Below, one piece after another: positions 28,532-37,526 of a stretch of DNA of 44,219 bases. The notes below the pieces were generated by a model. That model saw nothing but the letters and a program-made list of their open reading frames with translations. It did no database searches and was not told the origin of the DNA. Location of the stretch: the sequence record SRR22947727_1657; one strand, given 5' to 3'. Position 1 is the stretch's first letter, and each line of letters opens with the position of its first letter. The translations under genes were made by a program, and so were the position numbers.

Positions 28532-28550
28532 ATAAGATATAAACGAAGGA

Positions 28551-30158
28551 TTAGTATCCTTGGTTTTGTGTCAATGCTCCGTTAGAGTTTTGAATAGCAT
28601 CTGCAGGGATAGGCATTACAATTCTGTAAGCATCAGAATTTGTTTTTTCCCACCATGTAGAATTCCATTTTCCAAAACGGATTAAGTCAGATCTTCTAGA
28701 ACTTTCCATAAACATTTCACGTCCTCTTTCTGCTAAGAAAGAATCTGCAGTGATAGATCCAAGTGCAGAAACACCTGCTCTTGCTCTTACTGTGTTTACG
28801 TCTGCTGCAGCCATAGACCAGTCTCCTGCTACTCTAGCTTTTGCTTCTGCTCTCATTAAATAAACATCTCCTAATCTCACGATTGGGTAATCATTATCTA
28901 AGTCAGGTCTCGCAAAGTTTTTAAAGGCAAATTTACCTAATCTTGCACCATCTGTTCTTCCAGCATTTGGCTCTAATTGATTGATAGAAGTAGAATAAGT
29001 TATTGCTGGATCCTGAGTGTCAGAGGCTAAATCTACCACTACACTTCCTCCGAAGTCCGTTTGAGCACCTACAATAAAGTTTGCTTCTTTACGAGCATCT
29101 CCATCTTCATAAGAGTTGTAAAACTCCTCTAAAGCAGAGTATCCATTCCAAGGTTGGTCTTGGAATAAGTAGGTAAATTGAGACGCATAGTGTAAAGACA
29201 TTTGGTGGAAGTTCATTCCTCCTGCAGTTGCCTCGTCGTACTCAACAGACCAGATAATTTCTGGATTGTCATAATTTGCAGGTGAGAATACTGCTGCATA
29301 GCCTGTTAAGCTTTCTTTGTCAGAAGCTACTGCAGGTCTCTTAGATGGATTTGGCACAGATACAGAGCTGTCAGATAATCTATAAGATGAATTAGAGATA
29401 ATATAATCAGCAGCATCATGAGCTTCTTGCCATCTGGCAGTACCTGTGTAAACCTCAGCGTTTAAATATAACTTAGCCAAGATCCCTAAAGCACCAAATT
29501 GGTTAATTCTGTACTTAACGTCTCCTGTAGTTAAAGCAGAACCACTCAAGTCCATTCCAGCAGTTACTGAAGACACTCCTAAGGCAGAAAGAATTTCTCC
29601 TTCAATACGAGCAAAACCAGCAGATCTTGACAATTGTGCAGAAGTACCATTCTCATCTACATAACGAATACGTCCATAAAGGTCTAATAATCTCCAGTGC
29701 AAGTAAGCACGCAAAACTTTAGCTTGCGCAGTTAAGTTAGCGTCTAAACCTCCATTTGCAATAGAGTTGTTCACTTGTGCAATAGCGTTATAACCACCAT
29801 TCCAAGTATCTTTGATAGGTCCGTTAGCAGCTGTTTGTGTGTGTCTGTGAATATCTAACCAGATTCCACCGTCATACCAGTCACCTCCTTTTTGGGTTAC
29901 GGCCATTTCATCTGAAGAAACAGATTGTACAGAGAAGTACCCTCCGTGTCCTGCAGTTCCAGTTCCTCTCAAGGCTCCGAAAGCAGAAGTTAGTCCGTCA
30001 GATACAGTAAAAGCACTACCGCTGAAAGACTGGTTTGTTACCCCGTCTACAGTAAAGTCAGTAGTTAAATCCCCTACCAAATCTTCCTCTAAATCAGTAC
30101 AAGAGTAAGTTAAACTTACGAGTCCTATACCTAAAAGTATTTTGTTAAAAGTTTTCAT
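28551..30158 (-). CDS. susD: RagB/SusD-family nutrient-binding outer-membrane lipoprotein
   Basis: Lipobox TYS-C. 'AKVLRAYLHWRLLDLYG', 'LAKLYLNAEVY', 'RLGDVYLMRAEA', 'ERGREMFMESSRRSDLIRFG'. Directly downstream of SusC. Confidence 0.95.
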   Translation of the reverse strand: MKTFNKILLGIGLVSLTYSCTDLEEDLVGDLTTDFTVDGVTNQSFSGSAFTVSDGLTSAFGALRGTGTAGHGGYFSVQSVSSDEMAVTQKGGDWYDGGIWLDIHRHTQTAANGPIKDTWNGGYNAIAQVNNSIANGGLDANLTAQAKVLRAYLHWRLLDLYGRIRYVDENGTSAQLSRSAGFARIEGEILSALGVSSVTAGMDLSGSALTTGDVKYRINQFGALGILAKLYLNAEVYTGTARWQEAHDAADYIISNSSYRLSDSSVSVPNPSKRPAVASDKESLTGYAAVFSPANYDNPEIIWSVEYDEATAGGMNFHQMSLHYASQFTYLFQDQPWNGYSALEEFYNSYEDGDARKEANFIVGAQTDFGGSVVVDLASDTQDPAITYSTSINQLEPNAGRTDGARLGKFAFKNFARPDLDNDYPIVRLGDVYLMRAEAKARVAGDWSMAAADVNTVRARAGVSALGSITADSFLAERGREMFMESSRRSDLIRFGKWNSTWWEKTNSDAYRIVMPIPADAIQNSNGALTQNQGY

Positions 30159-30171
30159 AATTTTTTTTTTT

Positions 30172-33102
30172 TTAAAAGTTAATGTTAAGTCCTACAGTAA
30201 ATGTACGAGCAGAATAGAAGTTATTTCTTCTGTCCATACCTGGAGCCAACACATTTCCATTGTCTGATAAAGACGGTTCTGGATCAGATCCAGTATACTT
30301 TGTCAAAACAAAAGCATTTTGAACGTTTAAAGATAAAGTAGCTCTGTCTATAAGACTGCTATTTAAGTTTAAGTTTCTTGCTACGGTTAAGTTGTCTAAT
30401 TTAAAGAAATCTGCTTTCTCAACATATAAAGAAGAGAATTGTGCGTTGGTAATTTCTGGGTTAGCTAACTCAGTATTGATGTAGTTATACGATTTTTGTG
30501 AACCAACTCTTGGTTCGTAAAATACACGGAATGTATTTACTAAGCTGTGTCCAAATGCTCCTCTAAAGAATGCATTAATAGACCACTCACCAAAAGTAAT
30601 TTGGTTGGTCCATCCCAATTCAAAATCAGGAGTACCTCTTCCTACTACAGCGAAATCTGCGTCGTCGTTTAACATGTTAGCTTGGTTGGTGTTAATAACA
30701 CCATCTCCGTTAACATCTACGAAATTTTGAGAACCATTAGTCACAGTTCCATCCCATACTGGCGCATAGATCTGTCCAATTTCTTCTCCTACTTTAACAC
30801 GGATGGCATAAGTATCATTTTGACCAGGTGCACCTAAGTTAGCAAAACGCTCTTGTTCAGAAACATATTCATCTAAGATAGTTTGGTTTGTAGACCACAC
30901 AATTCCAGTGTTATAGTTAACACCATCTCCTTTTACTAAGTCGTAGTTAACGGCCAATTCAACTCCTTTAGAAGTCACTTGTCCAGCGTTTTCAAATCTT
31001 CTGTCAAAACCATAAACAGTAGCATCTACTTGTCTGTCTAAGATGAAATCACTAGAAGTTTGCTCGTAGATGTCTAAAGAAGCAGACAATCTGTCTGTGT
31101 TAAAATCTAAACCGAAGTTAATCTCAGATTTTTCTTCCCATTTTAGGTCTGGGTTTGCAGCCCTTACTAGGAAAGTATTTCCTCCAGATGTACCACCACC
31201 GGCCCATCCAAATCCTCTAACTTCTTGAGATAATCCATTTCCTGCAGGTACGTTACCAGTTACCCCGTAAGAAAGTCTAGCTTTTAATTGGTTTACACCT
31301 TCAAGATTTAAGTATTTATTTAAATCAGTTCCTAGTCCAATTGCAGGGAAAGTACCGTATTTGTTACCTTCACCAAATTTAGTAGAACCTTCTCTTCTCA
31401 CAGAAGCATTTACAAATAAATTGTCTCCAATCGTTAAGTTTGCTCTTAAAAAGTATGCTTCAATTTCATTGTCTGGAGCCATATCAGAGTTAGCACCTAC
31501 AAAACCTTGGTTTAATAAATCCTGACCTAACTCAATAGCGTTAATATAGTCAAAATCACCTGTTGGGAAATCTCCAACAGTTACTGAGTGAGAGTTAAAG
31601 TTTTGCTTTTGGTAAGAATACCCTCCAGTTAATACTAAGTTAGAGTTACCGAAAGACTTATTCCAAGTAGCATAAGCTTCGTATAATCTGAAAGTATACT
31701 CATCGTTGTACAATGTAGCAGAACCTTTTCTAGAAGGAGATGCAGCACCACCATTCCAAAGTGAAGTTCCTCTGTAGTACAATCTGTTTCCGTATTTAGA
31801 CAATTGGTTCGCAGCATTGAAATGAACATCAATATCATCCGTTAAGCTGTAGGTGAAGTTTGCAGAGTAGTTGTACTCTACTTTTTTACCATCGTTAATG
31901 TTTTGGTTGGCAATAGAAACAGGGTTGAATGAATCAAACAAACCTAAAGTTTCAAAATAACCACCAAATTGCTCACCGTTAAATGCATAAGGTGCATTTT
32001 CAGCTAAAATAGGTGCAGTTGGGTTATACAAAGTAGCATAACGCAATGCTTCACTGAATCCATTTTGTTGGTTTCTGTCTGTAAAAGAAGAAGAGAACTC
32101 AATTTTTAATTTGTCATTTAAAGTTCTTGTAGAGAAGTTTAAACGCGCATTCATTTGAGTAAACCCGTTGTTTACTAAGATGCCTTCTACATCTCTGTAG
32201 TTGGCAGAAACACGGTAGCTAGTGGAACCATTACCACCTGACATAGAAACGTTGTGGATTGTAGTTGCAGCAGTTCTTGTAACCTCATCCAACCAGCTGG
32301 TTGATGCACCTAAATCACGACCGCCAGCAGCTCTAAACTCATCTGCAGACATAACGTCTATTGTGTTTAATCTTTCAGCAGAAGAATACTGCACATTGTA
32401 AGAAATCTTCGTTTCTCCAGCAACACCAGACTTAGTCGTAACAAGAATAACCCCAGATGAACCACGAGATCCGTAGATTGCAGCTGCAGAAGCATCCTTT
32501 AAAACACTAATGTTAGCAATATCGTTTGGATCTACGTTGGATAAAGACGCCCCAATAACTCCGTCTATAACTACTAATGGAGAAGCATTTGCTCCAACTG
32601 TAGATAGACCTCTCAAACGAATCTGAGCACCAGCGTTAGGGTTTCCTCCTTTGTTGTAGATCTGAAGACCAGCAACTTTACCTTGTAGTAATTGAGAAGG
32701 GTCGTTTACCTGTCCTTGGTTAAACTCTTCTTCTCCTACAGATACAACTGCTGAAGTAATCTCCTTTTCTTTTTGACCTCCATAACCTGTAACGATTACT
32801 TCATCCAATTCATTGTTGGCTACCAATACTACATTAATCGTAGTTTGATTACCTACAGCAACTTCTTGTGCTGTGTACCCTACATAAGAGAACACTAAGA
32901 TGTCGCCGCTTCCAGCTTGAATGGTAAAGTTACCATCAAAATCTGCTGTTGTTCCATTGGCAGTACCTTTAACGACTACAGATGCTCCTAATAAAGGACC
33001 ATTGTCGTCAGAAACATTACCAGATACTGTCTGCGCTTTTGCCAAGCCAAAGCACATAATGGCTCCAACCAACAAAAAGCTTTTGAGTAGCATAATTTTC
33101 AT
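30172..33102 (-). CDS. susC: SusC/RagA-family TonB-linked outer-membrane transporter
   Basis: CarboxypepD_reg-like N-terminus. LLQGKVAGLQI, PLVVIDG, 'ISVLKDASAAAIYGSRGSSGVILVTTK' signature, NPDLKWE, C-terminal 'RTFTVGLNINF'. Confidence 0.96.
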   Translation of the reverse strand: MKIMLLKSFLLVGAIMCFGLAKAQTVSGNVSDDNGPLLGASVVVKGTANGTTADFDGNFTIQAGSGDILVFSYVGYTAQEVAVGNQTTINVVLVANNELDEVIVTGYGGQKEKEITSAVVSVGEEEFNQGQVNDPSQLLQGKVAGLQIYNKGGNPNAGAQIRLRGLSTVGANASPLVVIDGVIGASLSNVDPNDIANISVLKDASAAAIYGSRGSSGVILVTTKSGVAGETKISYNVQYSSAERLNTIDVMSADEFRAAGGRDLGASTSWLDEVTRTAATTIHNVSMSGGNGSTSYRVSANYRDVEGILVNNGFTQMNARLNFSTRTLNDKLKIEFSSSFTDRNQQNGFSEALRYATLYNPTAPILAENAPYAFNGEQFGGYFETLGLFDSFNPVSIANQNINDGKKVEYNYSANFTYSLTDDIDVHFNAANQLSKYGNRLYYRGTSLWNGGAASPSRKGSATLYNDEYTFRLYEAYATWNKSFGNSNLVLTGGYSYQKQNFNSHSVTVGDFPTGDFDYINAIELGQDLLNQGFVGANSDMAPDNEIEAYFLRANLTIGDNLFVNASVRREGSTKFGEGNKYGTFPAIGLGTDLNKYLNLEGVNQLKARLSYGVTGNVPAGNGLSQEVRGFGWAGGGTSGGNTFLVRAANPDLKWEEKSEINFGLDFNTDRLSASLDIYEQTSSDFILDRQVDATVYGFDRRFENAGQVTSKGVELAVNYDLVKGDGVNYNTGIVWSTNQTILDEYVSEQERFANLGAPGQNDTYAIRVKVGEEIGQIYAPVWDGTVTNGSQNFVDVNGDGVINTNQANMLNDDADFAVVGRGTPDFELGWTNQITFGEWSINAFFRGAFGHSLVNTFRVFYEPRVGSQKSYNYINTELANPEITNAQFSSLYVEKADFFKLDNLTVARNLNLNSSLIDRATLSLNVQNAFVLTKYTGSDPEPSLSDNGNVLAPGMDRRNNFYSARTFTVGLNINF

Positions 33103-33197
33103 AAATAGTTAATTTAAAGTTTAGTTAATTTTAGTTTAAGCGTTAAACATATGTAAATTTTCTGTTAAACAGGAAACAAAAACAGGGTAAAAAAGTT

Positions 33198-33213
33198 ACG
33201 AAAACGGTTTCGT
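33198..33213. promoter_or_regulatory. LacI-family operator between susC and the LacI gene
   Basis: 16-bp palindrome ACGAAAAC|GGTTTCGT with 7 of 8 pairs complementary and the central AAACG pattern typical of LacI/GalR operators. Confidence 0.8.
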
Positions 33214-33468
33214 GTTAATAACTATCGCATATTGTCAATGTGGCAATACACTCAGCGTTACTTTATTAAGCTCGTAAAAAATTGGTCTGCAATTGATATT
33301 TTAACATAAAATCTCTTCAAATATAGGAAATTAATGATAATGGTCACTAATTTTCTTGTCATTACCCCTGTTTTTTTTAACCTTTTCTTAACCTATGCCC
33401 CAAAATTGCCTTTGAATTGTTTAACCTTATACATAAGAATATTAACTTGCACTAAATTCTGAAATCTT

Positions 33469-34485
33469 TTGAAACCAAAAATCACCCTCAAGGACATTGC
33501 GATAGAATTAGAAGTGTCTATTTCTACGGTGTCTAAAGCACTTAAAAATAGCGAAGAAATTAGTAGGGATACTAAAGACAAGATTCAAGCCTTTGCCAAG
33601 TTGTATAATTACAAGCCCAATAATATTGCGGTGAGTTTAAAAAATAGGCGCACCAAGAATATTGGGGTGATTATTCCAGATATTGTACACCATTTTTTTA
33701 CGACGGTTATTCTCGGGATAGAAAAGTATGCCAACGCGAAGGGCTATAATGTATTGGTTTGTGTTTCTAACGAGGGCTATGAGCGAGAAGTGATCAATAT
33801 GGAGCTCCTTGCCAATGGGTCAATAGACGGATTTATTATGTCTCTTTCTACAGAAACCCAGCAAAAAAGTGACTACAACCATATTAAAGAAGTTACAGAT
33901 CAGGGTATTCCTATGGTCATGTTTGATCGTGTAACGGAGCGTATTCAATGTGACAAAGTGGTTATAGACGACGCTCAAGGGGCTTTTTTAGCGGTTAAAA
34001 AGTTTGTAGAGAGCGGCAAGAAAAAGATTGCTTTAATCACCACAGATGACTATTTAAGCGTAGGAAAGGCTAGGACGGATGGCTATAAAAAGGCCTTGGC
34101 CCATTACAATATTCCCTTAGAAGAGTCTTTGATCCTAAAGATGCCTTCCATGGAGGTAGAGGCTACCGCGTTTGATTCTTTTTTTAAGACCCAAGAGGTC
34201 GATGCCGTTCTTTGCGTCAACGAAATATTCGCCATGCACGCTATGAGATTGGTACATGGAATGAACAAACGCATTCCTGAAGACATCTCATTTATTGGTT
34301 TTACAGATGGATTGCTCTCTAAATTTGCCATGCCTTCACTCACCGCTATAGCCCAACACGGTGAATTGATGGGAGAAGAAGCAGCTAGAATGCTTATCGA
34401 AAAAGTAGAGACGGAATCTGATGAAGCCACTTTTACCACCACAGTGTTACAACCCACTTTAATAGAACGCGCCTCTACCTTATAG
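33469..34485 (+). CDS. LacI-family transcriptional regulator (MalR-like by context), TTG start
   Basis: HTH ITLKDIAIELEVSISTVSKAL, hinge YKPNNIAVSL, sugar-binding domain (IGVIIP, MFDRV, IPEDISFIGF, PSLTAI, LIERAST). Confidence 0.93.
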   Translation: MKPKITLKDIAIELEVSISTVSKALKNSEEISRDTKDKIQAFAKLYNYKPNNIAVSLKNRRTKNIGVIIPDIVHHFFTTVILGIEKYANAKGYNVLVCVSNEGYEREVINMELLANGSIDGFIMSLSTETQQKSDYNHIKEVTDQGIPMVMFDRVTERIQCDKVVIDDAQGAFLAVKKFVESGKKKIALITTDDYLSVGKARTDGYKKALAHYNIPLEESLILKMPSMEVEATAFDSFFKTQEVDAVLCVNEIFAMHAMRLVHGMNKRIPEDISFIGFTDGLLSKFAMPSLTAIAQHGELMGEEAARMLIEKVETESDEATFTTTVLQPTLIERASTL

Positions 34486-34555
34486 CTCAGCAGCCCAAAA
34501 AGATTTATTTCATATAGCAGAATAAAGAAAAGCTAACAGTATAAAGAACAGCATA

Positions 34556-35206
34556 ATGCCTAAAGGATTTATATTCGATTTAGACGGAGTCATAGTAGAC
34601 ACAGCCAAGTATCATTTTAAAGCCTGGCAGTCATTGGCCAAAAACCTCCAATACAATTTCACAGAACAAGACAACGAGCAATTTAAAGGAGTGTCTAGAG
34701 TCCGCTCTTTAGAACTGCTTTTAGAAATGGCCCAATACAAGGCTACACAAGAGGAAAAGGAACATTGGCTTACAGAAAAAAATGACCACTATTTAAGCCT
34801 TATTTCAAATATGAATGCCAGTGAAATTCTTCCAGGTATAACAGAAATACTAACTGCTTTAAAGGCGCAAAAAATACCTATTGCTTTAGGGTCAGCCAGT
34901 AAAAATGCTAAGCCCATTTTGGAAAAGGTAGGGCTTTTGTCTTACTTTGATGTGCTGGTAGACGGTAATGAGGTAGCTAAAGCCAAACCAGATCCAGAGG
35001 TCTTTCTCACAGCAGCCAAAGGATTGGGAGTGGCCCCTGAGAACTGTGTGGTTTTTGAAGACGCTCTGGCAGGTGTGGCTGCTGCAAAAGCAGCCCAAAT
35101 GGTCTGCGTCGCTATTGGAGACCCAGCAATATTGTTTAAAGCAGACCATTGTTTTGCTTCTACTGCTGAAATTACCCCATCATTTGTTCAATCATTAATC
35201 GCTTAA
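34556..35206 (+). CDS. pgmB: Beta-phosphoglucomutase
   Basis: HAD motif FDLDGVIVDTAKYHFKAW, KGVSR, GSASKNA, KPDPEVF, FEDA. Adjacent to a GH65 phosphorylase. Confidence 0.95.
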   Translation: MPKGFIFDLDGVIVDTAKYHFKAWQSLAKNLQYNFTEQDNEQFKGVSRVRSLELLLEMAQYKATQEEKEHWLTEKNDHYLSLISNMNASEILPGITEILTALKAQKIPIALGSASKNAKPILEKVGLLSYFDVLVDGNEVAKAKPDPEVFLTAAKGLGVAPENCVVFEDALAGVAAAKAAQMVCVAIGDPAILFKADHCFASTAEITPSFVQSLIA

Positions 35207-35213
35207 AATTACC

Positions 35214-37526
35214 ATGAATCAATCTTATATCCTTCCAAATGCTTGGTCCTTAATCGAAGAGGGTTTTGATCCAAGTCGTGTAAAATCTTCTGAAAGTCTT
35301 TTTAGTATTGGTAATGGCGCTATGGGCCAAAGAGCCAATTTTGAAGAGTATTATTCAGGCCCAACTTTTCAGGGTAGTTATATGGGTGGGGTGTATTATC
35401 CAGATAAGACTAGGGTAGGATGGTGGAAAAATGGCTATCCAGAGTATTTTGCCAAGGTACTGAATGCGCCTAGTTGGATTGGTATTTACATTAAAGTTAA
35501 CGGCCAGGATTTAGACTTATATACCGCTAAAGAAGTGCACTCATTTAGAAGAGAACTTCAGATGCAAACAGGCCTATTATTGCGCTATTTTGAAGTCACA
35601 CTAGCAGACGGAATTCGTCTGAGTATAGAAAGCAGTCGTTTTTTAAGTTTGGCTCAAGATACTATTGGCGCCATTGAATATAAAGTCACCTTATTGGAAG
35701 GTGTTGCAGACATTGAGGTCAAAAGTTTTCTGGATAGTGGTGTGAAGAATGAAGATTCCAATTGGGACGACGCCTTTTGGCAAACCACTTCGGTAAATGC
35801 AAAAGAAAACACCGCTTTTATAGCAGCCCAGACCAATAAAACAAACTTTAAAACAGCGACCTACCAAGCCACAGAAGTTTATTTAAATACCGCTAAAAGA
35901 ATACAGCCCACCCAGACCATGGAGGGTGAATTGGCCGTGGGACACCTTTATAAAGCAAGCTTGACAAGTGGAGATACGCTCACTACCTATAAATACGGGG
36001 GTTATATTTTAGATCGTAAAGTGACAGGCACTTTGGAAGCAGCTGTTTTTGAGGTTGTTGGCAGAGCGACATCGGCCGGTTTTGAGGCCTTAAAAACAGC
36101 CCATGCAAATGCATGGAAAGCTATTTGGGATAGGGCAGACATTGTCATAGAAGGAGATGTAAAAGCCCAACAAGGGATTCGGTTTAATATATTCCAACTC
36201 AATCAGACCTATACTGGAAAAGACGCCACTTTAAATATAGGTCCGAAAGGATTTACTGGGGAGAAATACGGGGGGAGCACTTATTGGGATACGGAAGCCT
36301 ATTGCATTCCTTTTTATATGGCTACAAAAGACCAAAAAGTAGCTAGGAACCTACTTCAGTATAGGTACAATCAACTGGATAAAGCCATTGAAAATGCCGC
36401 TAAATTAGGGTTTTCTAATGGTGCAGCACTGTATCCTATGGTGACAATGAATGGAGAAGAATGCCACAATGAGTGGGAAATTACTTTTGAGGAGATTCAT
36501 AGAAATGGCGCTATAGCTTTTGCTATTTTTAATTATTATAGGTACACAGGGGACTATAGTTATATTCCAGAGATGGGATTGGAAGTGCTGATAGGAATTG
36601 CCAGATTTTGGCACCAAAGGGCTACCTTTTCAACTGCTAAAAATGCCTATGTAATTCTTGGGGTTACAGGTCCAAATGAATATGAAAATAATGTCAATAA
36701 CAACTGGTACACCAATTACTTGGCGCGCTGGTGTATTGCTTATGCGACCACTCAAATTCAAAAGGTCAAAGACGGATATCCTGAAGATTACAACAGGATT
36801 ATGGGCATCACTAAGTTGAAAAGTGCTGAGGTGGATCAGTGGCAGAAAGTCTCTAAAAACATGTATTTTCCTAAAGACCAGACTTTGGATGTATTTTTAC
36901 AACAAGATGGTTTCCTAGATAAGGAGTTACTTCCTGTAACTGAATTGAGCAAATTAGACCGACCCATCAATCAAAAGTGGAGTTGGGACAGGATTTTAAG
37001 GTCACCCTACATAAAGCAGGCAGACGTACTTCAAGGGTTCTATTTTTTTGAAGACCAATTTAGTTTGGACGCTCTGGAGCGACATTTTGATTTTTATGAA
37101 CCATTTACGGTACATGAATCTTCACTTTCTCCTTGTGTGCATTCCATTCAAGCAGCTAAGTTAGGGCGCATGGAACAGGCCTATAATTTTTATCTCAGAA
37201 CGTCTAGATTGGATTTAGACGATTATAATAAGGAGGTAGAGGAAGGACTTCACATTACTTCCATGGCGGGTACTTGGATGAGTATAGTAGAGGGTTTTGC
37301 TGGAATGAGGATTGTAGAAGACAAACTCTCTTTTACCCCTAGAATCCCAAAGCAGTGGAAGAACTATTCCTTTAAACTCAATTTTAGAAATAGAATCATT
37401 CAGGTTAGTGTTGGCCCTGATAAAACTATTTTTGAACTCAATGGAGACACTGAAATGTCTATTAGGGTTTCTGGAAGCAGACAGGTGCTTTATCCTGGAA
37501 CACCTTGTGAAGTAGTACGGTCATGA
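35214..37526 (+). CDS. Glycoside hydrolase family 65 phosphorylase, probably maltose phosphorylase
   Basis: ESLFSIGNG, IGPKGFTGEKYGGSTYWDTE, CHNEWEITFEEIHRNG, catalytic-acid region VTGPNEYENN, IKQAD, HESSLS. Confidence 0.92.
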   Translation: MNQSYILPNAWSLIEEGFDPSRVKSSESLFSIGNGAMGQRANFEEYYSGPTFQGSYMGGVYYPDKTRVGWWKNGYPEYFAKVLNAPSWIGIYIKVNGQDLDLYTAKEVHSFRRELQMQTGLLLRYFEVTLADGIRLSIESSRFLSLAQDTIGAIEYKVTLLEGVADIEVKSFLDSGVKNEDSNWDDAFWQTTSVNAKENTAFIAAQTNKTNFKTATYQATEVYLNTAKRIQPTQTMEGELAVGHLYKASLTSGDTLTTYKYGGYILDRKVTGTLEAAVFEVVGRATSAGFEALKTAHANAWKAIWDRADIVIEGDVKAQQGIRFNIFQLNQTYTGKDATLNIGPKGFTGEKYGGSTYWDTEAYCIPFYMATKDQKVARNLLQYRYNQLDKAIENAAKLGFSNGAALYPMVTMNGEECHNEWEITFEEIHRNGAIAFAIFNYYRYTGDYSYIPEMGLEVLIGIARFWHQRATFSTAKNAYVILGVTGPNEYENNVNNNWYTNYLARWCIAYATTQIQKVKDGYPEDYNRIMGITKLKSAEVDQWQKVSKNMYFPKDQTLDVFLQQDGFLDKELLPVTELSKLDRPINQKWSWDRILRSPYIKQADVLQGFYFFEDQFSLDALERHFDFYEPFTVHESSLSPCVHSIQAAKLGRMEQAYNFYLRTSRLDLDDYNKEVEEGLHITSMAGTWMSIVEGFAGMRIVEDKLSFTPRIPKQWKNYSFKLNFRNRIIQVSVGPDKTIFELNGDTEMSIRVSGSRQVLYPGTPCEVVRS

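Noticed and set aside
28388-28585. 65-aa plus-strand ORF in the susD-ASPIC gap
   Set aside because: Crosses a terminator hairpin and the susD 3' end on the opposite strand, with no coding signal.
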